Assembly: GCA_009103225.1 (NCBI GenBank)
Contig: RHPI01001116.1
Location: forward strand, 379,380 to 443,379
DNA from: Chlorokybus atmophyticus
Taxonomy: Eukaryota > Plantae > Mesostigma and Chlorokybus algae
Direction of reading: 5' to 3'
DNA: 64,000 nucleotides
Below, piece by piece: positions 1 through 13,516 of this stretch (the stretch's first letter is position 1; every line of letters starts with the position of its first letter). Below the pieces are notes generated by a model. That model was given only the letters and a program-made list of their open reading frames with translations, did not search any database and was not told the DNA's origin. A program made the translations under genes and the position numbers.

Positions 1-1616
1 TGAGTCAAGAACTTCATGACTCTCAATGACAGATTGACAAGTGCACAACACCTTCGAAGATGGCCAACATGCATCTCCTTTGCAATGTTTGGAGAGGAGA
101 AGTCCACCAAACAGCGAGAATAGTTGATCTTTGGCGCCCATGCCTGAACACCTTGCCGGACCATCTGCATGACATATTCTGCTACCCACTGCTTCGACAC
201 AGTGACATTGATGAAGCCCGCGCCTGCACACATTGTGTTTCCCTTATGTAACTTACAACGCATTGTGTTTGCATTTGTTGTGCGCCAAGGGTTGCAAGCT
301 ATGCCTGCAACTGCTGCGGGCTCCGTGATCAGTGCATGATGCTAGTCGGTCACAACCATCTGTGCAAGTCAGTGTAACACGTTGGGCACGAACACTGTAC
401 CTGCAATGGAGGTCTTTTCAATCATCTTAGACTCCGGAAGCGCATCAAGAATCGCCTTAGCAACTACCTGCAACAGAGCGAACCAGATTAAAATGCGGTG
501 CACACCCACACACGCACACAGGCGTGCACACGCATGCACACGCAAGCGCGCATTGCACACACACAAACACGCATTGCAGCTTTTTATCTGTGTGTCATTG
601 TGATTATAACAAATAACAACAGATAGTACGTGTACCTGAGGGTTCTTATACTCTCCAGGGCGTTCCTTCTTCAGGCGCCCAAATAGACCCATTGCGTTGT
701 TGCATTGGTAGTCTCCATAAGTGGTGTTCTGGCACACAGCGACTGAAGGCTCCACGTCCATATCCGGAAACGCCTTCTTCAAGGCCTTCACAATGCAGGA
801 CACATTGTCAGCGGGTGGTACGCCATTCATGCTATACGCGCCATGAGTGACTTGCACACATTGCATGTGTGCTAGTCAAGCTTGCAAGGGACAGCCACTG
901 CTCACACTCTGTGCGAGTCAGTTGTATCGCAATGAATGCGACACAACCAACTAGCACACGAAGTGTGAGCAGTTGAGCAATGCTGACCTTTGTCAGTTCA
1001 CCCAACTGCACAAGCACCTGACACAACATAATTGACGACTGAATTGCTTGCTGACTCTCAATCAGTCATGCAACCAGCAAACAACGCACTCAGCATCAAC
1101 GAGTGCAGGCATTGTGAAAGTCCAACACTGCAATAGTTACAACTGTGTGCGTGAAACCCAAGCAGGCAGCTGCTGCCGCACAATCGCTGCATTGGGAGCT
1201 TTGTGGTAACTTGTTGGTCAATGCGAACACCAACCCTACTACATCTATTGAGCTGCAATCCTGCACACCTCTGCGAATAGAGCCTCCATACTGTCCGACA
1301 CGGCCGAACTGGCTGGGAACGTCTGAGCTGCGGCGGGCTGAGGCGGTGGGCTGGTTACAGCTGCAGCAGCGGCGGAAGCTCGGACGGCGAAGCTTGGGCG
1401 ACACAGACGAGTAGAACAAGCAGGCGCAGAACTACAAAGAGGAGGAGGAGGAGTCCAAGAAGGGCGGCCTGTGAGATGGGAGGAGAAACGGCGGCGGGCT
1501 TGCAGCACTGCCTTGCCAGCTGCTGAGCTGCGCCGGGAGAACTGCGACGTTGACGCTCCCACCAGTGACGTGGTCGTCAGTGCTATGCTAACGTGGCGCA
1601 CCTGCAACAATGCCAT
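1..1616 (-). CDS. ArgRS: Arginyl-tRNA synthetase, 5' part; gene continues beyond the left edge
   Basis: Exons 1616-1269, 785-636, 467-401 and 223-52 join in frame at GT-AG sites. They give MEALFAE|ALKKAFPD...YGDYQCNNAMGLF...|VVAKAILDALP...IAG|AGFINV...VDFSSPNIAKEMHVGHLRS, which contains the class I HIGH-type motif. A Ser/Ala/Arg-rich transit-like leader precedes Met at 1289. Confidence 0.95.
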
Positions 1617-2430
1617 CCACCCTAGCTCGCCATGCACACCGCCAACGTCGCCGCCGGCGCCCAGACCGCCGCCGCGGCAGGTTGGCTGCTGAGGGCAGTG
1701 ATATCCGCGTTATGCATTGCATAGCTATGCTGCAGGAGGCAACACCTATCATGTTCTTTCATGCATCAACAATGTTGATTCAACATGCGGTGCAATTGCA
1801 ATCTGTGCATGTCCGCACCACCTTTCAATTGGAGCACAAGTTGATTGTCCACGTTTACTTGTTGGTCACACAATCAGAGAGCATTGTATGGTAGTGGTAC
1901 TCAGTTGTGCTTTGATGCATTCAAATGTACGCAATGGCAAGTAATGCGCGTGTGCAATGGTTGTATATTTACACTATATAATGTATAACATAACACACAA
2001 GAGTTGCAGTAAAGCAAGCTCCAAGAGTGGTTAAAATGCATATGCAACCATAGCAATAAGATAGCAACTATTAAACAACAAGCAAGCGCATGGAGTGGGC
2101 GCCAAGACAGAGTTCAATGCTAGGACTGCAACTTGAAACCTAGCGATCATTAAGCATCAACAGGCCCAACACACAGTGTGCGCAAGTGCAAGGGCATGGA
2201 GATAACAAGCGTAGGAACCACATGCAAAGCGCATGAGGAGACATATCATATGTTATGGATGGGCGTTGATCACACAAGAACACATGTTGCAACGAGGGTG
2301 ATACATATGATACTCCTTCAGTTATTTTGATTTGCGGCTTTAAGTAATGCATTTAGTATTTGCTTGTATACATAGGGCCATCTACAGAAGTTTGCTCTAC
2401 GCATTCTTCTAAGCGTATGGGAATATGGGG

Positions 2431-2849
2431 NNNNNNNNNNNNNNNNNNNNNNNNNNNNNNNNNNNNNNNNNNNNNNNNNNNNNNNNNNNNNNNNNNNNNN
2501 NNNNNNNNNNNNNNNNNNNNNNNNNNNNNNNNNNNNNNNNNNNNNNNNNNNNNNNNNNNNNNNNNNNNNNNNNNNNNNNNNNNNNNNNNNNNNNNNNNNN
2601 NNNNNNNNNNNNNNNNNNNNNNNNNNNNNNNNNNNNNNNNNNNNNNNNNNNNNNNNNNNNNNNNNNNNNNNNNNNNNNNNNNNNNNNNNNNNNNNNNNNN
2701 NNNNNNNNNNNNNNNNNNNNNNNNNNNNNNNNNNNNNNNNNNNNNNNNNNNNNNNNNNNNNNNNNNNNNNNNNNNNNNNNNNNNNNNNNNNNNNNNNNNN
2801 NNNNNNNNNNNNNNNNNNNNNNNGGGGGGGGGGGGGGGGGGGGGGGGGC
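2431..2849. other. Assembly gap followed by a poly-G run
   Basis: N-run 2431-2823 abutting about 26 G. Confidence 0.99.
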
Positions 2850-3726
2850 ATGCGCCTTCTCATGCTGTAAACCTATGCATGTGCAGATGAAAGAATGGTA
2901 AGGTTCAGCTGATGGTGATGCTTGTGGCACTAAGCATGCACTGTACACAATATTCTCTTCATACTTAGCCACATTGATTGCCTCTCGCATCTTTTGTACA
3001 AACTTGATTGGTTAAATGCATACCGTGCTGCAAGAGTTCGTATCTGACTCTGGCGTGCTTACCACTTCAAAGCGCAACTCCATGGCCGAAGAGTGGCATA
3101 GTTGATTGCATGTCAACTGTACAAGTGAATGGCTGAAGTTAATGAGCTACATATCATTGTTGCAGCGTTAATGTCGAATACCGAAGCATAACCACCTACC
3201 GATGCGCAACTAGCTAGGACCAAAAGTTGTGCAAGCCTTGCACAAAATTGCACAAGCAACCACATAATCAGCACTATCGCAATCAAAAGTTGAGCACGAC
3301 ACCCGTTAATGAACGAAATCAAATTAGAACTGACGTGTGCACAAATGGCACAAGGCAACCTGCCTAGGAGACAGCTACACACACTACATACCAGTATCTG
3401 ACAACTGCGCCAGCTGCGCGAGCAACGTGCTATTGCACAGCGAGGATGTATATACGGGTCTTGATGAAAGTGGAATAAAGGAAACGGTCAACTGGACTCT
3501 GTATAAGTACTACGCGTCTACATGCGGAGCTTCCACTCAGGAAGAGCCACTGCATCCTTTGAGGACGCAGCCACTTCAGTGTCATCATCAACGGTGCGGC
3601 GGAGCTCAAAGCCAGCATCTGTCTTGTACACAGAGCCCCTGCACACAGTGCCGGTCATGTAACTGCTGAGGAGACATGACCATGCCAGGGCCAACAGTTT
3701 GGCTGGCGCTGAGTTGATGTTCACAC

Positions 3727-5213
3727 TCACTTGTTCATCTGGCGGAACAGGCTAGCCACGCCATTCTGTGCAGCAGCTGCAAGCTTCTGAACGTTGTCAA
3801 CAACACCGTTCTTGCCATAGAAGGGGACCATAACGTGTACGTCATCCAAGCTCTGAACCTCTGCATGACAAACCAGCCCAGTCCGCATGTAAGTGCCTGC
3901 ACTCACAGCATGGCAGGCTTTTGATGCTCTGTCGCACGTACCATACACACTGGGGTTGGTAGTCAGCACGCCGCGACCGTTGACTCCGGTAAACTTGGTC
4001 AGGGCGTTGCCATCGCGGTCGTGTGCAACACGGACAGTTTCACCTGCAATGAAGGAGCGGCACGAGAATGTTAGCACCTCACCAGGCCTGGGAGCAAGAT
4101 GCATGCAGACACACTGCTCACCAAGAATGCCGCGAGCAGAGTCCGAAAGCCTGCGCAATGGGACAGCGTACTGTGAGACCAACGAACAAGAATGCCTACG
4201 GCCAACGGACAGCTTGCTGCCAGGTTGGTGTCAACTGAAAGAGGCACACAACACAGCCTGCCGTACCAGATTTTCTCCGCCTCCAGGGTTAGATGACCGT
4301 CGTGTAGCGCAACTTCCAGCGTCATGAGGTCGTACTTGATCTTGATCTCATCCTGTAGACGCAATGTTCCGCTAAGGACTGGCCAGATTGTGCGCCAACA
4401 GCATGTACACAGACTTGCTGAGCACGGAAACGCACCCTCTCCAACTTCAGCTCAAAATCTTTGGCAAAACGCAAGCGGTAGGTAGAGCCAGTCAGCTCCA
4501 TAGGCTCCCCATTGACAAAGAAAACACCTTCGCCAAGTGCCTTGTCTTCGCTGTTGGGAGCGTTGACTGTGAAGGTGGGTCCGTCCTGCCCACACAGAGA
4601 GTACCCAACTTGTCAGTAAACTGAAGGAAGACGAAGTTTGCACGCAATGGACTTAATGGGCACAAGCATGCAAACAGCGTGGCAAGCGAAGCTTACTGGC
4701 AGCAGCTTGACGGCAAGGGCGGTGACCATGAAGGTCGCCGGAGCCGACTCAGAGGCAGACTCAGCATGGTAAATGCGTGCATTTACAAGGAGGCGGTTGG
4801 CGTCGTAGATGAGGTTGTAGAACTTGGCCTGTCCAGTGGCAGCTTCACCACGGAAGTTGAACCTAAAAGACAAGAAGAGACTGTCAGTAGGCGGTGACCA
4901 ACAGCTGCTTGCCTTCATGCATGAGTATTGCATGCTTGGGCAACCTGGTCCAGGCATTGCTGAAGAGGCCAGCTGCTTTGCACTGACTGAACAGCGCTCA
5001 TGCTCAGCTACAAACGGCCATACAGCTAACAGCTCGCACGCTTCCGGCCAGGACACACAAAGCGCACACAGCAACTTACTCTTGGCCTTGGAAGCCGGTG
5101 AAGCTGGGCTGGACGACAATGTCACCAGCGACGCTTCCGAGGTTGAAGGCGGCAGCCTGGCTTGTGACAGCGCCAAGCGCCAGCACGGCCAGCAGCAGGA
5201 AGACACGCGCCAT
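3727..5213 (-). CDS. Secreted protein with a VWD/root-cap-like beta domain (6 exons)
   Basis: Signal peptide MARVFLLLAVLALGAVTSQAAA, then QPSFTGFQGQE|FNFRGE...KFYNLIYDANRLLVNARI. This resembles the DPHF-GFDG-FDFxG-xYNL pattern of VWD/root-cap proteins. GT-AG exons stay in frame to ...SLFRQMNK* (TGA 3727). Confidence 0.7.
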
Positions 5214-6979
5214 GGCGAGCGAGCAAGTTGCAACTAAGCAAGCAGCAAGGAAGCTACTTAACAAGCTGGCTGCTTGTTGAGCTGCTCACTGGGCACACCA
5301 CCGCCACTGCCGCCCCTAAGCACACAGAGCAGCCGTGCATGTAGCACTGGCTAAGCCCTTCAACTCAGAGCTCAGTTTCTTGCATTGAACTTCTTGTGCA
5401 TTCAGTCTCGGAAAGTTTTAAGCTTTCCAACTCAGCAGTTCTGGGCTTTCGACAATCGACCAACACGACGCCCCGGAGAATGCCAACATTTATTCAAGGT
5501 TTCGCGGCCGAGTGCTGACTGCAGTGCATAAAACCACAGAACATTATTCTCGCGGCTGCACGCGTGCGCTCCGTTCGCGGTTCAGGTTGACGGAGTTATG
5601 CCCTCAGCTGGCCATAAATAACTGCGAAAGCCAAGCGGGCTTGTGTGCGACGGGGGTCACGTGCCGGGAATCCCCGTTAGAGCTGACCGTGGATGGCCGT
5701 ACCAGTACAGCACGGACAGATACAGAAGCCGAAGAGGACTGGGACTTTTTGTGAGTCAGCTTCAGGGCGTGTGACATACACTCATGATGGATGAACCATT
5801 CTGGGAGCCCCACATCATGTGACGTGCGTACCAACCTCATGGTTATGCAGACTGCTTCAGACGCACACACGCGAAACTCCACACAAGTGAGCTATCACTT
5901 CCGACACCATCACTGATATCATCAAGTTTGTGCAATTAATTTGTATAGTATATGCTATTGGATTAACTACATTCATACTACCTTTGAACTTCAATTGAAG
6001 ACATCAATTGTATGATCGCTACCGGCTTATCTCATTGAAGGCTTCTGCCAACTCAAATGCTTATCATTAAAGCTTTCCTTGCATACTACATGCATATAAG
6101 ATGTCCCAATGTTGAAATTGCAATGATGCAAAGTTACTGTAAAAACAATAATGCAGGTATTCTGCAGCCATGCAATATGAAGGCAAATGTGCAATGTATT
6201 GTCTTTTTTATTGTGTTTGTAAAGTCTAAATGATGATTACCATGATTTTGTGCGAGATTGCGGCATGATTTGGATGTTGCCACTATAAATGTGTAGTAAA
6301 TATTTTGCCTCATGCATATGCTGAATGCAAGGAGTGTCATTGATAAGTATGCACATGGCGGCATTACCACCCATATATACAACACAGTATGCTACAGAGT
6401 CCACCACCAAAGTTATACTACGTACGGTGCGTGAGGCTTCATGTTAGTCAACCGGGTTGGCGTGAAAACCACACCGCGCATATATTGCATACCCATTGAC
6501 GCTTTACCCCGTACGAGTTGCTTACATCAGTCACAAACTGGCTTGACTACATAGCATGCAATCGTAATACGTGCCCACGCTGGCCTTCATCAATAGCCCA
6601 AATGCCAATCACAATTGTGATTACCTTGAACCCATTGCATAACAAGACCAGCAAGCAAAAACAGCATGTCACTTCCGGAACACATGACCTGATCCTAACG
6701 GTAGGCACGTGTTGGGGACGCACCACATCACCATCATGATTCAACTTGTGCGTCCAACCTGCTATCACAGCTGTGGTTATAACGCCACGCACGTGGCACT
6801 GCCTGCACTGCAAGCTTACACAAACATCACTGACAGAAGTGTGACACACTCCATATCCACAGAGCAAACAAGGTGAAGCTTTGTGCCTGGCACAGGCCCT
6901 TCTGTGTGCTGATGGGTATTAAAGGTGCAGCAAATCTGTCTGACGGGTCAACATGCCACATGCGCGGCTTTCAGTGCAT

Positions 6980-9412
6980 TCAATAGTCATTGTCGTCAAC
7001 AACCTGCGCTTTGGCCATTTTGGTGGGCCAGTACGACAGCAAGAAGCCGCGCAGCTTCAGCCAGGAGCCAAACAGCTGGATCATTATCCACAAAAAGGCG
7101 TTGTGAAAAGAGTTCATCCACCCGTCCGTGTACGCCATCTTCTCTATCAGGTCTGCGCCATAGCGCCGCATCCACTCCTCGCAGTTCATCACCTGCGGGT
7201 TCAGCTGCTTCGTGGCTTTCGGGTCTCGCACATGCCCGGGACAACCCTTGTGGTACCTGCAGGGACATGGAACCCAACACGCTCAGGACTACTGTACTAC
7301 TCATGCAACAGCAGAATATATCAAGTGTGGACTTATGGACGCGCACACAGACACACGTACTTCTAGGCACGCGCAGGCATGGACGTTTGTGTGCGCGCAC
7401 ACACACACCGAATCCACACCACATGACTCTTACCAGTGATACATCTCAACAATCTTCTCTGCTCCGGGTATTGGCAGTCTAGCAAAGAACTCCAGGGAGA
7501 GCTGTTCATACTTTGCCTTCTTGCCCGTCACCTTTGAGAACGTCTCTACATACTGCTGCGGGGAGATGATGTCGCCGGCAGCTCGCAGCTCCTGCCCGCT
7601 CAGAAACTTGTCGGGGTTGTTGAGGATGAATGCCGCCATAGTGCCAATGTCTCTGCCCATGGGAGAAACATCAGTTGAATAGAGCATACATGTTAGCTCT
7701 GACATTACCAGTTCTAGCGATGTTGCACGTAATGCAGGTCGGGGTTATGCTGGTTGCACACATGCAAGCATACTCGAACAATGCTTGCAAGATAAGTCAT
7801 TGTTCAAACCATATCCCCNNNNNNNNNNNNNNNNNNNNNNNNNNNNNNNNNNNNNNNNNNNNNNNNNNNNNNNNNNNNNNNNNNNNNNNNNNNNNNNNNN
7901 NNNNNNNNNNNNNNNNNNNNNNNNNNNNNNNNNNNNNNNNNNNNNNNNNNNNNNNNNNNCCCCCCCCCCCCCCCCCCCCACACACACACCATTCAAGCCA
8001 TAACCCTTCCCCCCATCACCACCATGACCCTTTGCATGAGGTTGCACACCCTGTTGAGGTGTGTGTCACCTTGAAGACATGAAAGGGATGGGCACATCTT
8101 TCAGCAGCGGAATAGAGAACCGGTACTCCGTCCGCTCCTTGTTAACCAGCACACGCTTTGTTCCTCTTTTGGTCGCCACATTCTCATAGAAGAAAGAGGA
8201 GTGCAAGTACACAATCCACGGGAATGGCATAGTCTTCAACATGTCTGCCAGGAGACAAACAAATTACTACGCAATCATTGCACGCAAACGAGTGAAACAA
8301 ACGCACTTAAGTGCTTGTGTTTTTGTTGCATTAAGACCTGCCACATGCCTTCAATGTCTGCTTTGTTGTCCATTGATGGCACATTGATGCGCTCGCCACC
8401 ACTGAAAACCACCCGTTGAACTTTAGCCCGCAGTGCGCACTCGGCAAGCACCTTGCCTTGCTGAAACTGTTGGGACAAAGACATAAGTCAAACAGGAGGT
8501 AGCAGGCACTCAAGCAACACACCTAGACTGCGCAGACTGTTGGGATTGTACGTTAATGCACTGCATGCATGCTTGTTTGAAGTATTGACTGAAGTGTTGC
8601 TAAACAAGGCGTCTGCATATGTGCGCAACTAAGCGCATGCGTGCGCAACTGAGCGCTTGCATGCGCTTGGCTGTATGTGCGTGCATACTCGTGCATGGGC
8701 ATGCTTGTGGGCTTGTTCACAACAGCAGCCAAGTCAAGACTCATTGTCTGACCTCTGTCCCATCGTGATCCGAGAAGGTGATGGCGAACAGCGAATGCAC
8801 GCCCTCCATGGCCTTCATCACCGGGACCGGGTCAAGCAGATTGGCTTCATACACCTTCATGAATCCATCAGCAGTGTAGGTGTACAGTTTGAAACCCATA
8901 TGCAAATGGACTCTCATCACAACACATTACATCGCACTCTGCTGTGTACCAACCTACCACGGCAGCAAGCAGCAGTTGCATGCCTTGCCTCCATCCACCA
9001 ATTGCGCAGCAAACCACATGTGTGCATGCAAGCTTGGCAAGATACACGCATGCAGAGCCAAAGTACGCAAGCTGCTGACAGGCATGTCTGCTTTAAGCTG
9101 AGAGTGTGTCAGTGAATGGACTGACTGACTACTAAGTCCTGTCAGAAATCTCAGATATCAACAGTCCAACTGCTAGCAATGCCAGCATGCAAACACATAT
9201 ATAGCAAAGAGTTTTTGTACACACACCTCAACGCCCTTGGCCTTAAGGTCGGCGGCGGCGCGGCTGTTGGCATTGCGTGTAAGCGTGCGCACGGCCCACT
9301 TGCGCTGCCCGGCCTCGGTCCTGCTCTGCAACAGCTGCTCGATGCAAGAGGAGCCCTGCAGCCCTGTCCCGCCGCACACTAGAGCCACCGGCGGCGACAA
9401 CGACGACGACAT
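6980..9412 (-). CDS. NmrA-like NAD(P)-binding Rossmann protein (6 exons)
   Basis: VALVCGGTGLQG nucleotide-binding motif, VRTLTRN, FFYEN and RDIGTMAAFIL. Exons are phase-compatible, and intron 3 requires a GC donor at 8348. Confidence 0.9.
7819..7979. other. Assembly gap with flanking poly-C inside an NmrA intron
   Basis: N-run 7819-7960 followed by a C-run. Confidence 0.99.
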
Positions 9413-10028
9413 GCTGGATGGGGTTTCTGTCTTTCTAGGAAGCTGTTTCTTGCTTTCAGCTTGGAGGCTAACAACAATGTCAGCACCAGTGACGACAATG
9501 CCAACAACAACAACAACAACACTAAAGCTCTAGGAGCTGATCTGCAGGTCCAAGCTTCTCTCTCTGACAGCCTTTCTTGCTTGCTTGCCCAAGCACATAG
9601 TGCACCAAGAAAAATGAGCACGCAGCTGGAGGAACTGTCAATGCAGTGAGTGCAAAGTGCAGCAGACGCAAGAACTGACAGGTGTCGTCACACAGTGTGG
9701 TCGCCAGCAACAACTCCTAGGCAATGATGGTAAACAAATGCATTGACTGCTGCATGCGAGGTGAGAAGTTCAGTTGGTGCCCTTGATATGCGCATACCTT
9801 TGGGGACAGTTGCACTAGACATCATGACATTGCCAACCCACACGAAGAACTGGACTCGAGAAGTCTAAGGTGCCAACTTCGGGTTATGACTTGTAGCTTA
9901 TGACTCATAATCTATGACACAACGAGGGCCTCGTTTCACGTAGTACGGTGTACTCCGCCTTGAACTGGTCGGCTCAACGCAATATCCAAGCCTGGCTGCA
10001 TGCAGCTGTCCGGCCATTGTCGTCCACC

Positions 10029-12076
10029 ATGGTCGCCGCTGCCACGGCGGCGGCGGCGGCGGCGGTGCCACGCTGTGCGGCGGCGTCTCTGCAGCCGTCT
10101 CGTCCTTTACGTGCTGCTGGACGCAGCTTGCAGCAGCGCCAGACGGGGCTGCCCTCGCCGCTGCTGCTGCTGCCGGCATGGCCCCGCCGGCGTCGCCTCA
10201 GCAGCAGCAGCACCAGCAGGGCGCCAGGACATGCTGCTAGGGCTCAGCAGCTCTCAGCCCCCTCAACAGCTGCGGCCGGTAAGCAAGACTGAGCGAAGCC
10301 GTTTTAGGCACTTAAACGAAATGTACATGGTGCGAGTACCAATTGGTAACAACACCTCATATACTTAAAAGTACAAATGAAGAAAAACAAACCATAATGC
10401 CCGTTACATTGAAGCACCGTGTCTCTTTTACTTGAAGTGTCTGGCATGGGTTAAGCATGAAGCGTGTTTGTTTGCATGCGTCAGCACCGAATGTAGGTTT
10501 TGTTGCTGTGCGCTCTGATTTTCGCATATCACAACACCACATTCCGAAAGTAGTACTGTTTGAATCCAATTACACAACTCAACCTTTCACAAATCTCAGC
10601 TGCATCAACCAGGACAATTTTTGTGTGCATGCATGCTCACACTGTTCAAGAAGCATCGCATGCTGGCCGAGCTCATGATGTTGCGCTCCATTTATGACAT
10701 GCATTGCGTGTGCATCTGTCCTATGACTGCCTGTTGACATTCTGTTTGTATTGTACACAGTTGTTGAGTTCCTTGGTGCGCCTACATGGTTGTCAGCAGC
10801 CACCGTCACAGCTCTGGTCTTCACAGTCGGTAAATTGAAATAGCTGCTGTTTGCGCACACAAACCTGCATTCATTAGAGTTACTGTTACGGCAGCATTCA
10901 ATGTTTCATCAACAAGTAGTTCATAGAGTCTTGTTTTACCTTTGTTAATCTGCAGGCTCGCCGCTTCTCCTGCGGTACTTGACACCAAACGGTTACGCTA
11001 ATGCGTTCTTCCTGGGCCTCATCGTGTGGCGAGCCTTCGGTGGGACGGGCTTCGCCATACTGTGCATATATTTTCTTGTGGTGAGCCATTGTTGACATGA
11101 AAAGGCAGGCTGAAAACCTGCTCCTATGCACCTATCACTAAAGCGCCTGTCACGATTGGTTGCAACAATAAGGTTACTGCAAAGCTACTGATGACAGGGT
11201 TCGAGAGTGACCAAGCTGAAGATGGAGCAGAAGGAGCGTGAAGGGATAGCTGAGAAGCAGTCTGGCAGACGCTCGGCGGGGGGAGTGTGGGGCTCGGGTG
11301 CCGCGGGCGCTTTCTGTGGACTGTGCAGCGTCTTGGGGGTGAGATGAAGAGTGGCGCATGGCTTGCATGTACATGTGAACACATGGCAGTAACACAGTTC
11401 ATACACAGGTTGGAGGTGCGGCAGTGTCGGGCCTGTGGAGTTTGGGGTTTCTTGCGAGCATCTGCACGAAACTTTCCGACACTGTGTCAAGTGAAGTTGG
11501 CAAAGCCTATGGTCAGACCACGTGAGTGCACTATGCCTGGTAAAACGAAAATGGAACCAATGCATTGCACAGATTCTCAATGCGCGTGCTTCTTGTGCAC
11601 AGCTACTTGGTCACCACACTCGCGAAGGTTCCGCGCGGCACAGAAGGCGCTGTTAGTGTGGAGGGCACTGCTGCGGGAGCATTCGCATCTGCCATGCTCG
11701 CGGTCATCGGCCAGTACTACGGCTTGGTAAGTAGTGGTTGCACGTTGTGTCTGGCGCTGAGAGGTTATAAGTACCATGACATAAACAGGTTGATGGCACG
11801 GGAGTGGCACTTTGCATTACTGCTGCGTTTGTGGCGAACTACCTTGAAAGTTTGATAGGCGCCACATTGCAAGAGAAGCCCGGCTGGGAATGGGTGAGTG
11901 CATGATTACAGAGTGGGTTGCTGATTTGTTTTCTCAAAACCGCCTGTTAACCTCAGCAGTACGACCTGTTTTCTGCATCTGTGCAGCTGACCAATGACCT
12001 GGTGAACATCCTCAACATCAGCATTGGTGCGACCGTTGCGATTGCGTCCAAGGCGCTGCTGCTGCCAGCGGCGTAA
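10029..12076 (+). CDS. VTE6: Plastid phytyl-phosphate kinase VTE6-like / DUF92 membrane protein (7 exons)
   Basis: Transit-like N-terminus, then FFLGLIVWRAFG, TKLKMEQKEREGIAEKQSGRR, ASICTKLSDTVSSEVGKAYGQTT|YLVTTLAKVPRGTEGAVSVEGT, ANYLESLIGATLQ and LTNDLVNILNISIG. These match plant VTE6 motifs as I recall them. Confidence 0.9.
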
Positions 12077-13516
12077 CTGCACAGTTGTGCATCGAAGGCA
12101 CAATCGTGGGTAAGTTAACCTTCTTGCAATATTCGGTATAGCTGGACTTACAGCGCTTACTGTTTCTGTGCACAGGAAACAACCCAGTAGTGTGGCTCAA
12201 TGGAAAGCCTCAATGTGTCTACACCTCGCCCAGTGGTCAAAGCGTTGCTGTGATTGGCACTTGAAAACTTGTGCGGCACATGTCACCAATTTTGAACATG
12301 TAACTGAAGTAATGTTGTAGTAGCAATTTGTAACTTGTACAGAAATGTACAACAATATAATTAGCTTTCTGCATTGTCTGCGCCTGTACAACACTGCATT
12401 CGTGCATTGTTCTGCGGGAGCATTGTCTGCGCCTGTACAACATTGTGGTTCAAATGTTGGTCCGGCATGTGGCATGCCCACACAGCACAGTGGTTCGTCT
12501 TGCCAACTGCCTTGTGTGCGGCTGTTGTCATGCTTATGCTACTTTCGCAATGTTTACCGTACGATGTGCATGCAACATGACGAGCACCTCCATGCAAAGC
12601 ATTGAAGCCTATCAGCAGCAGCACCAGCGCATTGCAATGCACACTCCACAATAATGCACAGAATGCACAGAAGCTACCTTCCTCAACCTAACTTGAACCA
12701 TCAAAAACTCAAGCGCAGCCAAGTCCTCTGACTACCACCATGTGTCAGGGAGCAAGTCTCCATTCATAGCTTGAAGGGCATCATCTGCATGAGCATAGAG
12801 GCGCAGCATGCAGGGTAGTAGCCGCTGCAAAGGCGAACCACTTGAAGGTCGCTGTGCTAGTCGTGGAATACAAGTGCTAGAAGCAGCAGCAGCAGCAGCA
12901 GCAACAAGACGTCCCCAAGCTGCTTGACGGCAAACATCAGCAGCGGCGGACATTTCCTGGCCAGCAATGGCGCCAAGGTAAATGATACACTATTCGACGC
13001 GTTGATGTTGTTTGGAATACAGGCCCTGCCGTGTCCATAGCCATGCACACAGCGCCAGTAGTACTACCACTTGTCTGCGCAGCACACGTCACAGCATCAC
13101 AAGCATGCAAAATAAGTGCACAAAAGAGAGTGGCCGGAGACCGGCATAGTAATGCTCATGGAAACAGATGCCCACCACTTAAACATACCTGTATGCATGG
13201 TGGTTTCCAACGGCCATACTTCAACCCAATTCATGTGTCAGCCTGCTGAGCAGCACTCCGGCCACATGTTAACCAAACATGTCTGCAGCAGATACTGAAA
13301 CAGTGGCTTGCTGTGCATAGCCGGCACAGACTATATGGTTGAAGTTAAACTAAAGTTTAACTTCAACCATATAAGAACTGGAACTATCTATGCCTAGAAA
13401 GACTTGTGCCCAAGTCAGTATACACATAGTCAATGCAATAATCTGTCCGTAGGTATAAACATATGTACATATTGAGTATGGTACAGCATGCATGTTGACT
13501 TTGCTCTCAGCGCAGG

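Noticed and set aside
12732-13048. Short ORFs between the VTE6 and EME1 3' ends
   Set aside because: Low-complexity (CAG)n-driven frames in a probable UTR or intergenic region, with no homology cues.
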